A DNA stretch of 64,000 nt from the human T2T-CHM13v2.0 reference genome, Homo sapiens, in the NCBI RefSeq assembly GCF_009914755.1, contig NC_060938.1. The stretch is one strand, 5' to 3'. Of the stretch, positions 43,321-56,494 are shown one piece after another. Position 1 is the first letter of the stretch, and each line of letters opens with the position of its first letter. Position numbers and translations under genes: made by a program. The notes beneath the pieces were generated by a model, which saw nothing but the letters and a program-made list of their open reading frames with translations, was not told the origin of the DNA and searched no databases.

Positions 43321-46300
43321 TCCCTGCATCCTAATGTCGCTGTGAGGATTACTGAGATAATGCATCAAGCATGTTAGCTCATTGACATATAGTAAGTACT
43401 GAATAAATGTCAGTTATGACTATTATTAGTATCTTTATTATTTCTCTTATTGTGTCATTCTTTAATGCTGTCTCTTCCACAGAAAGGAAGATTTCAGAAG
43501 GTCACGGCCTCTGTCTCTTCTGCTTCTCACTGTATGAGTTTTTCTTATCACTGACCTGGGTAATAAGTGTTTTTTGAATGAATAAATGAATGCTTGAATG
43601 AAGACAGGGACTATTAAAGAGAATTGGAGTCCTATTATTTGAAGACACAAATGTCCATCTTGAGTGATTGCTTTGTGCCTCTCTTATAGCACTTACCGTG
43701 TGGTGTGTTGTAACATTTATTTGTGTAATTGTCTTTTATTTCCTTACCAGATTATAAACTTCCTACACATGTGGCATTGCATCCCCAGTACCTACCAGAT
43801 TTTCATTGTATAGAAGACAGTCAGTACATGTCAGACCTATTGACTCTTGAATCACCCTAGAGCTTCAGCTCAGTTCAGGACTTAGTATTGTTACAGGAGA
43901 AGATTATATCTGCAACTTTTTTAATACCGTAAAACTTTTTTACATTGAAATGCTATCATTTCCCAATCTTCAGGAAGTGATAAGATGAATATTCCTGTAT
44001 ATCTTTACAGAATTACTGTGGGTTATGATAAAAACAGTCATCATACTCAACTGAAAAATATAGATATTTGGGGTTACTTTGTCTTTTCCTTTCTGGTTTA
44101 ATTTGTGTTAAGATAAAATTTAAATAAGTCAGTGGTAATTTTTCAGAGATTTTGAGACAGATTGTTCCTCAATAGCCTTTATTTGCTTGCCTTAAAAATT
44201 AAAGAATGAGAAAACAGGATTTTAAGTATTGGAAGTTGTTTATCTGAATTATTCACAGTGTTGCACAATAATGAATTTATCGCCTTTCCAATTGGCTACA
44301 CTTATTGGAAGGCTGAAGAATGAATCTTTTTATGCCAAGGAGAATGTTAGGTCATAGGCCTAAACAATTTACCTGGCTTCTCCCTTTTGGACCCAGTTTC
44401 ATGTCTTTGGCAGCTGAATGCAAAGGATATTGTGTTCTGCCCTATCGGTGCCAAAAGTTCACAGAAGAGAGCATTTTTGGCAGACAGAGCTTGTTTTAAG
44501 GACAAAGGTGTTTGAATTTCACACTCTGTTTTCAGAGACTTGTTCATACGCTATAGGTGAGAGGTTCACAAAATCATGCATTGTGTACTAAGCACTTGGG
44601 GATATAGTGCATGTTTCACCTTGATTGGGCTGCTCAGAAAGCCCCATGGCGGCCTTTGTTACCTGGACTATGCACTGAGTAAGGCCCACGAGGGAGCACT
44701 AAGTGGAATGGAAATTAATTATTGTTGTGTAGCTTCAGAATTTAAATACCTTAGAACACAAAAGAAGGATATTTTACTAAGTGCAGTGACCTTTTGGACT
44801 GTAGGCACAATAGGCACAATATCTGAGATAAGAAGTCATGTTAGTGACAAAAAGCCTAAAGCCATTAGAGTATAGCAGGATTCTGTCATATGTGGTCAAC
44901 TTTTATACATTTAAAAATGTGTCATCCCTTTGTAACGTTCATATTAATTAGTTTATAGATCTAAATACTTGGAGGGGTATTATAAATCCATGTAATTCCC
45001 CAAACATTAGATTTAACATGTAGAATTCTGTTATAAAGATAAGCAAAAAAGGAATACAAATGCAACTTTTTCATTATCGATACATATAAGTGTGTTCATG
45101 AGTCTATATTGTTTTGGTCATTGTCAAATAGCCAAACCCAAACATTTTCTTCTCACAATCGGATGAGGGATTTGCCTCCTTTGAGCTAAAAGTTGATGCT
45201 ACTCTGCATTAGTTGTTTTTTAATGTGTATATTCTTTTACCCTTTAATTCCATCTCTACTGACACACTCCTATAATACATCAAGAAAATGCATAGAAATA
45301 CTTATTTCAGTATTATTGTAATATTAAAAGTTTAAAAACAGCTGAAAATACTTTTCCCTATACATCTGGACAGATAAATTACAATATTCATCCAATGAAA
45401 TATTGTCTAATGCTGAAACAGATTGAGTTAGATCTGTATGTGCTAATGATGCCTGAAGTTCAAGACATGTATTGGCAAGTTTCAGAACAGTATCAAGAAG
45501 ATGACTTTATTCTTGTAAATAAGGTGAGGTTTATATGTAGTTTGCACTTTTGAGTGTATTACATCCCTTTTGGGAAGGTACACAAGAAACAATCCACAAT
45601 ATTTGCTTCTGGGGATAGAGAGCTTTTAGAGGCTAGGGTGATTTTGTTTTTGCCTTTATATTTCTCTGTCTTGTTTAAATTTAAAAATCAATTTCACAAA
45701 AATAGTTGATTAATTTAGAAGTGAAATACTCTGAATTGAATCTTTAGCTCACATTGGGTGCCATTCTGTTAACAAGTGAGTCGAAAGAAGAAAACGTGAA
45801 GAAAATGAACAAAGTGTGTCTTTTAATTTTGCCTGTGGCAGAATTAACTACCACACACTCCACATGCCTTCCTAGTCATACCAGAAGACACATCTGTGGG
45901 ACTGTATGTCTCTGCTGCATGTGGAGTGCTGCAGCTTCTGCAGTTAGGATGTTGTTTTGGCGCTCCCCCTACTCACTGCCAACATGATATGTGTCGTGCT
46001 GTCCTTTAGCGCCCATCGGTATAAAGCCTTTTCTTAGTCGAAGAGGCCCGACTCTGTTGTCAAGGCCAAATTACAGCTTGGATAATTACTTTTGTTCACT
46101 TCCCACTCCTCTCTTGCTAATAGATAGCAGTGCTATTTTTGTTATGAAGATAATAGATGCTTATGGATTCCCCCCCACAATTCTTTATTGTCTTTCCATA
46201 AGTCACATGATGTATTCAGAATTTTGGTGAATCTTCTACCTCTCGTTTTGTAAATGGTCAAAATGAAATTTAGTCAAAGCAAGTGACCCTTTTCAGAGAC

Positions 46301-47269
46301 AAGGGTTGAATTAAGTTGAACAGAGAACAGTAACAGATGTGTGTTACTCTCTCAAATGTGTGCTCTTACTGTGTCTAAAGAGAATTGCTGCCTTTAACCC
46401 GAAGGTGAGTTCTTTCTGGGGTATCACTTAGAATAAAAAGGCATTTATCAGTAGATATCATAAAGTATTATGATTTGGGTGGAAGAAACTGCTGGGAAGA
46501 AATATTAATTTAAGGCTATATATAGCATACTTTTGTACTCTGTAACCAAGTATGTGTTAAATCTTATAATTTGAGCATTTAGTCATTTTTTATTATACAA
46601 ATACAAGTAGAAGCAACTAAATAATTATAATTAGGTGACAGTATAGGATGGCAATAAAGATAGAAGGTCTAAATTCTTAGGGGCCATTCATCTGTTGAGA
46701 GTCATAGGTCATTGCCACATTGCACCTGGAAAACCACTACACTTCTATGGATCTGGAGATCAGCACTAGATGAATAGCAGAAAACAGCTGGATCATGTTT
46801 TAATCTGAAAGATTTCAAAATGCCAATCAGAACCCTGGCTTGCTCTAATTTTCAGAAATACTATGTGAAATGTGGATCATAAAGCAGAATTTGGCTCTCA
46901 ATACTGAATTAAAATTATTCTTAGGAAGGCTTCAATTAACTCCATAGCAAAACTACCAGTGTTCTCAATTTTGTAGCTAGAGATACTTATGAGAGTGGCA
47001 GATGGCCACACAAAGCAACCATGTTATTTTATTTCCAAATTTATGTAAACTGAACTCATAAATTTTTAAAAATAAGACTTCTCAAATTTACCACAACAAT
47101 CCTAGGTCCCCAAATCAAATCTTGAGATCATAAAAAGTCCTTTAAATTTGCTGATGTGTGTGTGGTTTTTTTAAAAACAGTAATTCATGGGATTTAAAAG
47201 TAACTTTCCTGTGCCCACAATGGTTAGAACTTCCACATCCTTTCTTCCCAGCTCACCTGCCAGGTGTTG

Positions 47270-47495
47270 TCCATGGTAGTTGAGCATGAGAACTTTGTAG
47301 TCAGATACTTTTGGACATTGAACTCTGGCTCTGAAGTGACTAGGAGACCTTAGGCAAATTATGTGATCACTTTAAACCTCCCTGCCCTCCTCACCTGTAG
47401 ATAGATAACCATAAGATTGTTTAAAGATTCAATGAGAAAAACAATATGAAGCAATTAATTAGCATAATACCAAGTATATTAAGTCCTCAATTACA
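47270..47495 (+). mobile_element. MIR SINE
   Basis: gagcatgagaactttgtagtcaga...gaccttaggcaaatta...ctcacctgtag. Confidence 0.75.
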
Positions 47496-50082
47496 TCTTT
47501 TTTTCTTTTTTAACATTGGCTAAAGGACCGTAAAAGGAAGAAACCATGGGTTCTTTAAGTCTTGTACATGTTTTAAAAAACAGCTGGTGTAATAACTAAG
47601 AAGCATTCTGTTGAACCAGATAGCCTTGAGGTGTGGTATGAGTTCAAACAGCTGGAATAGCCCAGGCACTGACACCAGAGTGGATGCTGGAAGGTGAGTC
47701 TTGCCAGTGTGTTGGCTGAACACCAGCTTGGCCCTTGGAACCCCTTCTTCTTATGGAGTGAGTGGTGATGCTGATATTTTTATGACATGGCATTATCATT
47801 ACATATCTGATTGGAAAATAGGGCATCTTACCTTCATACGGGGGGAAACAAAAGGAACTTAAAAGAAGTCAGGAGTACAGAAATGATTCTGGTTAGTTGA
47901 AACTTCAAATTGTGTTCTAGTAACTTGAGTTTTTAACTTGATAGAGAAATTGAATTAATTGCTCTTCACTCTTCACATGGTGATTGCACTGTCGAGACGT
48001 AGACAATTCTATCACAAGCACAGTGTCACCTAAATTGAAATCTTATCTAAAGTTTTAGCCCATTTGCTACTCAGTGGTAGGAACTCCCTTTTAAGTGGCG
48101 CCTTCTGTGTTTTACATTTTAGCTTACTTGTTAACTATATGAGAGATGGGAACAAATGACTATCCCTTATACCTATACCCTGAAAACATACATTCTAAGT
48201 ATAATCAGATTGTTACTGCTTGTTTTCTGGATGGGTGAATCTCTAGGATTACCCTAGTGGAAGATCTAATCAGTGAAAACAATTCGTTGGTTTGCTATCT
48301 CTTTTATACATAAAAGTTCTGGCTTTGTTTTGGCTTTTTATATTTTTATCCAATTAAAGATTCATCTGGAGTTTTCTTCTTTACCCATTTGAAGTGTCTT
48401 AGTTTTTTTTTTTTTTTTAGGCTTAACATTTTATTTATTTATTTAACTATAGATTGGTTTGAGATGCAATATATGCCCAGGCTATTGAGTAAAGGAAAAC
48501 CAACATAGTCAAGAATGCTTTCTGAGTGCCCACTTCGGGAAATCCCAGCCATAGGGGAGTCAATATTGAAGTGATTATCTTAGAAAGAAGTACTTTTTTG
48601 CCATATCAGTAAACACATACTCAGATGGGGGCAGCAACAAAACAAGTATCTACACTTTTCATTTGCAAAATAATTTAGCTTTAAAAAATGTACAGGCTGG
48701 AGGATGGCGATGAGGATCTGCATCCTAGAGGATGACATAGTGAGTGGAAGCAATTAAAGCTCAGACATTTTACAATTCTATCTGAAAAGTATTTAATGAC
48801 AAGATAATGTCCTACTTATTTTAAGATTATTTTATAGGCTCTGCTCCTCTAACTTTTTGCTAGCTGCAGAAAGTTGCTAGAATGTATTTCTTGGCACAAA
48901 TAGGGTTCTCAAATGTATTTTCAAATATTAGTGTTTTGAAATGAATTTCACACCATCTCTGTGTTACAGTAAGAAAAATGATTAACATGAGTATTTTCTT
49001 CATCTGGCTATGGAGTGGATGCAAGAAGCTGAGCTTTATACTTATTTGGTCATCATCACCTTTTTTTGTTTCATTTCTTTTGATATCACTTCTATTTCTT
49101 ATCTCTTCATTTTGCAGTAATAGAAGAAGCCTTTACAGTTGCAAGATTACATATTTATATCAGGGTTCAGACTGTGAATTCATTCTTTTCTAGGGAAGCA
49201 GAAAGATCATGTAAAAATGGTGACCACATGTTGACAGAATGCATGATTTAACGAAACCAAAGGCAATCATTTCAAAGAAAAATGTTTTATTTTCTGCCAG
49301 CAGAGTATAATGGAGAGAAATTGGCTGGTATTATTTTTAAAAATTGCCCAAATCACTGTAGTTAGTGTAAAATTGTCTCTGGAACTATTTCCTGTAAGTT
49401 AACCAGACATATGATTGTATCCTTTCTATTTTGAATACTGAAGCTCACATTTCAACTGTCTTGTATGGAGCCTATCAGGTATAATAGCTCTTTGTAAAGG
49501 TGCTTCCTTTTCTTTTGTACTCTTTTCCATCTAAGCTTCCACTTTCATTTACCCAAACTTAGAATACTTAGAGTTTGGGCCTTTTGGAACTTTGAGCGAA
49601 ATATTACTCACTAACAAATCAAGACCATAAGCTACTCAAAATGTGCTGCCTCAGTCTACAGAAGATCAAGTGAAATTAACTTAAACAGTGTTTATACTAT
49701 TAAAAATTCTCTACGTATTTCAGTTGAAAGGAGATTTCACTTTTAACATGTGGTCCACATGGTTTGTTGCCTTTTTCTTAGTATTTATAGTAATTTCAGA
49801 TATTATACACTGGTACCTGCTTATGTTGTTTGTGGTTATAATAAGTATTATTAGTAACAAAAAATTCGATTACGTGTCAATGAGAGGAATAATGCTATCT
49901 GATACGATTCCAGTAGTCAGGTCTCTCTGAATAAGTAAAAAAGGCGTGAGTCACTTGGTGGAATGTGGATGGTCATGCCACTACTTTGGCCGCTCAGGTT
50001 TTCAATGGCTAAAATAGGGGTTGGAGGTGATATGGCAGTTGCTTTCTGGTCAGTTGGAGGCTGAACCACCCCATGAGATCTA

Positions 50083-50142
50083 AGCCTATAGCATTTAGGA
50101 AGAAGTAGCATTTAGGATCAGCCTATAGCATTTAGGATCAGC
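50083..50142. repeat. Complex short tandem duplication with three copies of tagcatttagga
   Basis: Copies at 50089-50100, 50106-50117 and 50126-50137. Confidence 0.9.
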
Positions 50143-50432
50143 TTTGCAAACTAAAAACTAGTATAAATATGACTTACCTTAGGAACAAATAGGAGTGTTG
50201 CATTTGTATCTACCCATGGTCAAAAGTACTGGTGTGGACTAGATACAGATAATTGATTGATTTGGATTTAGCTGATGTCATACAGCAACCAACGTGTATT
50301 TGTTGATTGCTTGATCCAGATGTTTAACATTCTGTAGGAATGTTCCAAGGCATTATACTGTACATAGAGAGTAAACAGGCATACTTAAAAAATGCAAGCT
50401 TTGCCATCATTTGAACCTCTCCCACCCACTAG

Positions 50433-50770
<338 letters not shown>

Positions 50771-51470
50771 AAAACAAGAGTTTTAATTTAATGTTTAAAA
50801 CAGAGCTGTAACCTTTGTATAAACCACACTCTTCTTTCAGCTTACACAGCTGATATTTGTTATTAACTAAAAGTAACTGTTTTGTGCTCTGCCTTATCAG
50901 TTCTAGGCTTTCCTTTCAAAGCGTAGAGCTGAAATTATATTACTGTTATTAAACAGTGATTTTGGTTAAGCCAGTTTTCATGTATTGTCTGTGAATTTAA
51001 TAACCATGCAAACTCACTGGATCCTGAAGGAAAGTCAGGTTGAATATTTACTTATTGAAGGCTGAACAATGGGGGATCACACACCACTCTAAAACCGTAG
51101 GTAAATGGGAAATAACTTTAATGTACGCCAGACACACGACCAGTAGTTCCACTAATGTTGTATGACAAAAACACAAATGAAAATAGGATCTTCAAATGGA
51201 AAGATGTCCTAGAGAAAAATCCTTTTGTTTTAAGGTGAAGAAACACAGAGTCAGAGAAATTAAATGTCTTGAAGTCACACAGCTATTACTGGCAGAGTTC
51301 GGCCAGCGCTAAGGTCCCATGACTTGTAGATCGTATTTGATTCTAATGAATAACTGAGTTTTCTCATATTTTTCCTTACATTGAATAGCCCCCTATGTGT
51401 ACCATCTGTACCTACCCAATTAGCTCTACTTATTTTCCAGATGACCTGTCTTTCAATTTCTTTATTCTAG

Positions 51471-51590
51471 GTCTGCTTACAAATCACTTTTATACATACA
51501 TTAGTTGCATCCAGGACCTCCCACTGATAGCATGAACGGCAAAGATGGACCTGTCTCGGATAGTTCAGTTAGCTCCCTCGTGATAAGGAT
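51471..51590 (+). other. Candidate 120-nt non-coding exon
   Basis: ctttcaatttctttattctag| acceptor and GAT|gtaagt donor; stop codons in all three frames. Confidence 0.3.
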
Positions 51591-52437
51591 GTAAGTATCC
51601 TGACCACAGAGGGGAAGCAAACTCTACTTTTCAACAGGCCATCTCTCTCTTTTGAGTAGTAGAGCTTCCTTGTCACTGACATGTTTCTGTATGCCTTCTG
51701 GCTCATGTGAGGATCTGTTAGATTGATGCCTTGAAAACGCATAGATGGGTGGCTCTCCAGCGGGATAAGACCCTCCTCACCAAAATCTGCGCTATACAAA
51801 TAAGGACACACAATAGCTGTTGAGCTCATGTGAAAGTTGAGCACATTGACATAGAATAAAGAGACATTATTTTCCTTATTCCTGCCTTTCATGTACAAAT
51901 TGTTCAAGAGCTCATTTGTAGTGTGCAATATAATAGACCCAACTTGATTTTACATGTTTACATTTAGCACACAGTAACATATAAATGAATGCTTATAGAA
52001 GTCTTTGTTAAACGAGTCAAATGTGCTCTCATTTTCTGCTTGTCATCTCTCTCACAATTTGTATAGATTTGCCAAATCAGGTATCCTTGTGCAATTCAAT
52101 AATTTGGGTTTATTTTCTGTGTAAGAATTGGCCTGGTATTTTTTCTTCTCCCTTGTCATCATGGTCCAAATACAGGTATTGATAACTATGCATCATGACT
52201 GATTTAAAAAAAAGTTCCAAAAAGGCTTCCAAATGAAGGCTGTAATTTTGTATTGGATTTCTAGTGACATGAGCAAATCACTTGCTCTTTGCCCTTATGG
52301 ATTTTACAATGTCATCAGAGTCTATCAATAAAATTATAGCCTACAGTTGAACATACACCATTCCTTACTGTATTGCATATACAGGGGTGAAGGGAAGCAA
52401 ATTGTAGCATGTCTGCTCTGGGATGCACTCCAGCAGG

Positions 52438-52438
<1 letters not shown>

Positions 52439-52482
<44 letters not shown>
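52439..52482. repeat. (TG)22 microsatellite
   Basis: Read directly from the sequence. Confidence 0.97.
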
Positions 52483-52488
<6 letters not shown>

Positions 52489-53041
52489 TTTTCAATTGAG
52501 ATCCACTGTACAGTCAGTCCTAGAAGCTACAGATGAAGAGCAGTACCTGAGCCTCACATAGGAATGTGTCTCTTGCTCCCACCTGCTGTGAGTGAAATTG
52601 ACTAGAATGGTGCCATTCTGATCAATTTCATTAAGCATCAGACACTGCACATAGACATCATGGCAGTCCCCTTCACCTAAGCTGTAAGCTTCCATCCCAG
52701 AGGGAAGCGTATACTGCCAGAGACCAGGAGCATATTGCCAGAAAAAAAAAAGAGAAGGCCACAGATGCTCCTGTAATGGAAGCAAAAATGAAAAGCCACA
52801 TTTAAAAAATAAAGGTAAAAGGTCAAAACCCAAACCCTGAAGCAGAAGAGATTCAGCTACAGGAAAACAATGGTTCCAAAACTCTTTTGCAAACTGCAGA
52901 AGACATCTCTAGATAGTTGCCTTATTCAGTCATTCCAAATCTTGGAGAGATTTAACATTTCACCTTAAGTGATTTGTAGGTATCCTGCCATCTTGAATCC
53001 TTTCTCTGTAATCTCTTATGTGTTCTCTTTGGAGCAACTGC

Positions 53042-54488
53042 TGTGTCCCACATTGGTGGATTCTTGGTCTCACTAACTTCAAGAACGAAGCCGCGGACCC
53101 TCGCGGTGAGTGTTACAGTTCTTAAAGATGGTGTGTCCAGACTTTGTTCCTTCTGATGTTCGGACGTGTTCGGAGTTTCTTCCTTGTGGTGGGTTCATGG
53201 TCTCACTGGCTTCAGGAGTGAAGCTGCAGACCTTCACGGTGAGTATTACAGCTCTTAAGGCAGTGCGTCTAGAGTTGTTCATTCCTCCCAGTGGGGGGTT
53301 CGTGGTCTCACTGGCCTCAGGAGTGAAACTGCAGACCTTCGCAGTGTTACAGCTCATAAAGTCAGTGCGGACCCAAAGAGTGAGCAACAGCAAGATTTAT
53401 TGCAAAGAGCAAAAGAACAAAGCTTCCACAGCATGGAAGGGGACCCAAGCAGTTTGCCCCTGCTGGCTCAGGCAGCCTGCTTTTATTCCCTTATCTGGCC
53501 CCACCCACATCCTGCTGATTGGTCCATTTTACAGAGCGCTGATTGGTCCATTTTACAGAGAGCTGATTGGTCCATTTTGACAGGGTGCTGATTGGCAGAT
53601 TTACAATTCCTGAGCTAGACACAGAGTGCTGATTGGTGCATTTACAATCCTGTAGCTAGACATAAAAGTTCTCCAAGTCCTCACCAGATTAACTAGACAC
53701 AGAGCACTGATTGGTGCGTTTGCAAACCTTGAGCTAGATACCAGGTGCTGATTGGTGCATTTACAAACCTTGAGCTAGACATAGAGTGCTGATTGGTGTA
53801 TTTATACTCCTTTGGCTAGACATAAAAGTTCTCCAAGTCCCCACAGACTCAGGAGCCCAGCTGGTTTCCCCTAGTGGATCCCGCACCAGGTCCGGGGGCG
53901 GAGCTGCCCGCCAGCCCTGCGCCATTCGCCTGCACTCCTGAGCCCTTGGGTGGTAGATGGGACCGGACGCCATGGAGCAGGGGCAGTGCCTGTCAGGAAG
54001 GCTCGGGCCACGCTGGAGCCCACTGTGGGGGAGCTTGGGCATGGCAGGCTGCAGGTCCCGGAGCCCTGCCCCACAGGGAGGTGGCTGAGGCCAGGCAAGA
54101 ATTTGAGCGCGGCGTGGATGGGCTGGCAGTGCTGGGGGAACCCAGGGCCGTCTCTGCAGCTGCTGGCCCAGATGCTAAGCCCCACACTGTCCGTGGCCGG
54201 CGGTCCTGGCCTGCTGGCCGCTCCAAGTGTGGGGCCCGCCGAGCCCACGCCCACCTGGAACTTGCGCTGGCCTGCGAGCTCCGTGTGCAGCCCTGGTTCC
54301 TGCCCGTGCCTCTCCCTCCACACCTCCCCGCAAGCAGAGGAAGCTGGCTCCAGCCTCTGCCAGCCCAGAGAGGGGTTCCCACAGTGCAGATGCGGGCTGA
54401 AGGGCTCCTCAAGCGTGGCCAGAGCAGACGCCCAGGCCGAGGAGGCACTGAGAGCAAGCGAGGGCCTCCAGCACGTTGTCACCTCTCA
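53042..54488 (-). mobile_element. Solo LTR12 (ERV9/HERV9 LTR, LTR12C/D/E-like)
   Basis: Minus strand runs TGAGAGGTGACAACGTGCTGG...GGACACA (TG...CA ends); perfect 4-bp TSD ctgc at 53038-53041 and 54489-54492; CCAAT tandem repeats; GC-rich U3. Confidence 0.95.
53455..53830 (-). promoter_or_regulatory. LTR12 enhancer/promoter: eight CCAAT boxes, a GATA site and a TATA-like AATAAAA
   Basis: ctgattgg occurs eight times between about 53515 and 53796; cttatct at about 53490; gcttttattc at 53480-53489; poly(A) signal tttatt at 53396-53401. Confidence 0.75.
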
Positions 54489-54821
54489 CTGCCTCTGTCT
54501 ACTTTTTGAAAAATTTCTGATTACGCATAGACACACAGATCAGGCAAATGTGAAGGTCTAGGATTCTCTTTTACAAAAATTTCCTCCTGTCCCTATTGTA
54601 TGGTTCTTCCATGTAGGCAGGATTTTCAGTGACTCGGCATTCTGAATGTTACTGTGTATGATTATAAAGAGAGGCTAGACAGGCTCTTGGCTGCTGCTGC
54701 CTTCCTCAGTTTACCTCAGTTTGGTGCTCACTAGCACCACCTCCAGAATGTAGAAAGGGGAGGAGACTGTTTTGAGAATTTAAATATTTCTGACAGGAAA
54801 AAATTTATGAATGTATCTGTT

Positions 54822-54951
54822 TCTTTCCTCCTTACCTTCCTTTCCTCCTTACCTTCCTCTACCTTTCCTTTTCCTTCTCTTTGCCCCCTGCCCTTTTCCC
54901 CTCCCCCTTCTTCTTCCCCTCCCTCTTTCCCTCCCTTCTTCCCCTCCTTTC
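54822..54951. repeat. CT-rich polypyrimidine low-complexity tract
   Basis: Almost purine-free run of about 130 nt. Confidence 0.9.
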
Positions 54952-55362
54952 ACTATAATACCACTTCAAGGACTAATTTACAGTAGGTTTAATTTCAGTA
55001 GCACTACTACTGGCTGTGTTGTTTACTATTTTTAATCATGACTTTTAAGGACATTCAGATCAGCAGCAGCATAATCATCTTTCAACACGTACTTATCGAA
55101 GACATACTCTATATGCAAGACGTTGTCTCTCAACATTATTGCACTAATAAAAACAAAGCCTTGTTTAGCATGTACATTTAAGATATTGTTAATCACTTAT
55201 TTTGAGGGGACTACACTTTAACTCATTGTTAAAGGGCTATTTTAATTTTTAATAAAAGATTCCTTATACATGATGTCACCATAGTGAGCTGATTGAACTT
55301 TTGGTTGTGATTAAATGTTCAATAAAACTGTGTGGTTTAAACATGGTAAATGGATCTATGTA

Positions 55363-55440
55363 TTAGGTTGGTGCAAAAGTAACTGGTTTTTGCCATTACT
55401 TGCAATTGCAAAAACCGCAGTTACTTTTGCACCAACCTAA
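55363..55440. mobile_element. MADE1 (Hsmar1-derived MITE) hairpin, the source family of miR-548
   Basis: ttaggttggtgcaaaagtaa...ttacttttgcaccaacctaa palindrome, with TA on the left flank. Confidence 0.95.
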
Positions 55441-55764
55441 ATATAGACATATAATTATTTTCCACTCTCTGGGCTACTTTTACTAATAGACTAAGCCCCA
55501 TAAAATAGTAAGTTTAACTTTGATAGTTTATAGTAAATTTATAAAACAGAAAAGTAAAAGCAGAAACACAATCACTCAGAGGAAACTACTGTTAATAATT
55601 ATGGTTTCTTTTCTTCTAAGTTCAGTTTCTTCATTTTCCTCCATTTTATGCCTCTTTGCCATATCTTTAATGTCACCTGGCTTTACTGAAAAGCTTCATA
55701 CCCATACCTTTATGTGCCCCATAATTAAATCCTACTCCCAGCAAAGGTTATTATTGGCACTAAA

Positions 55765-56157
55765 CCACAGGTTGCTAATTGCCACAGGAGAAATGAGAAT
55801 CATAAGGGGCCTACAAAGAGTTTCATTTTTAAAATAAGATGCCAATGCTTTCAAAAACTGGAAGATTTTACATTAAAAAATCTGGATTTTTGGCTTCTTT
55901 CTGAAAGGAAGATCTGGCAACTTTGGGGCCACATTCCAATCTAGTAACAAATGTTTTCATGAATAATGAATATCCCCTATGTGCTGGGCAGGTGCTTTCC
56001 AGTTTTCCACAGGACCCACTATTCCCTGTTACTATTCAGCAGTGAGATCCAGTTTCCACTAATCATCATGCTTGCACTGCTTTCTTTCACCTAGTCATCT
56101 TTGCTCATTTGCATAATTTTCTTTGATCCTGCAAGTATTTGAGTTTTTGTGACCCTT
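55765..56157 (+). mobile_element. MER102-like hAT element
   Basis: aaatctggatttttggcttct...gaagatctggcaac...gtatttgagtttttgtgaccct. Confidence 0.65.
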
Positions 56158-56493
56158 ACTTTAAATCCATTTACAATAGTCTAACCATTTCAGAAAACGA
56201 ATAAAAACCAACCAAACTATACCACTCTTCTTACATATATGAATTTTATGAGATGAGATATGACTAATGCAAATGAATGATTCTGAGAAGAAATCAAATA
56301 GAAGAAAATGAGAGAGAAAGACAGAAGGCATTTGAAGGACCATCCTGGGACACTTAATAAAACGCTAACTTTATCTAATGCTAGTAAAGCTCAAATACTA
56401 CCTCTAAGAAGTTTGGAAGTGTTGACTAATTGGTGAAGTTATAGCTAGAGGCAGCTGTATATAAAATTCACTCCCCTTCACTCCCCTAACAAT

Positions 56494-56494
<1 letters not shown>

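Larger units (their letters stand above)
41640..43605 (+). mobile_element. L2 element with nested MER20, FAM and MIR insertions
   Basis: L2 motifs (tgctggtgactc, aatggtctgtaaggcctt, cctgaaatgctctt) ending tgaatgaataaatgaatg. Confidence 0.6.

Noticed and set aside
45955-45980. CTCF-like motif (gcgctccccctactc)
   Set aside because: Only the core half matches; the conserved CC end is missing.
51569-51928. 119-aa minus-strand ORF in unique sequence
   Set aside because: No recognisable domain, the listed start is a non-ATG codon, and the length is within chance expectation.
53510-53845. Repeat-spacer-like array resembling CRISPR
   Set aside because: These are the LTR12 CCAAT tandem enhancer repeats; there are no unique spacers or cas genes, and the DNA is eukaryotic.
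53761-54561. Overlapping 150-211 aa ORFs on both strands
   Set aside because: They lie in the GC-rich LTR12 U3, where stop codons are scarce; there is no coding signature.
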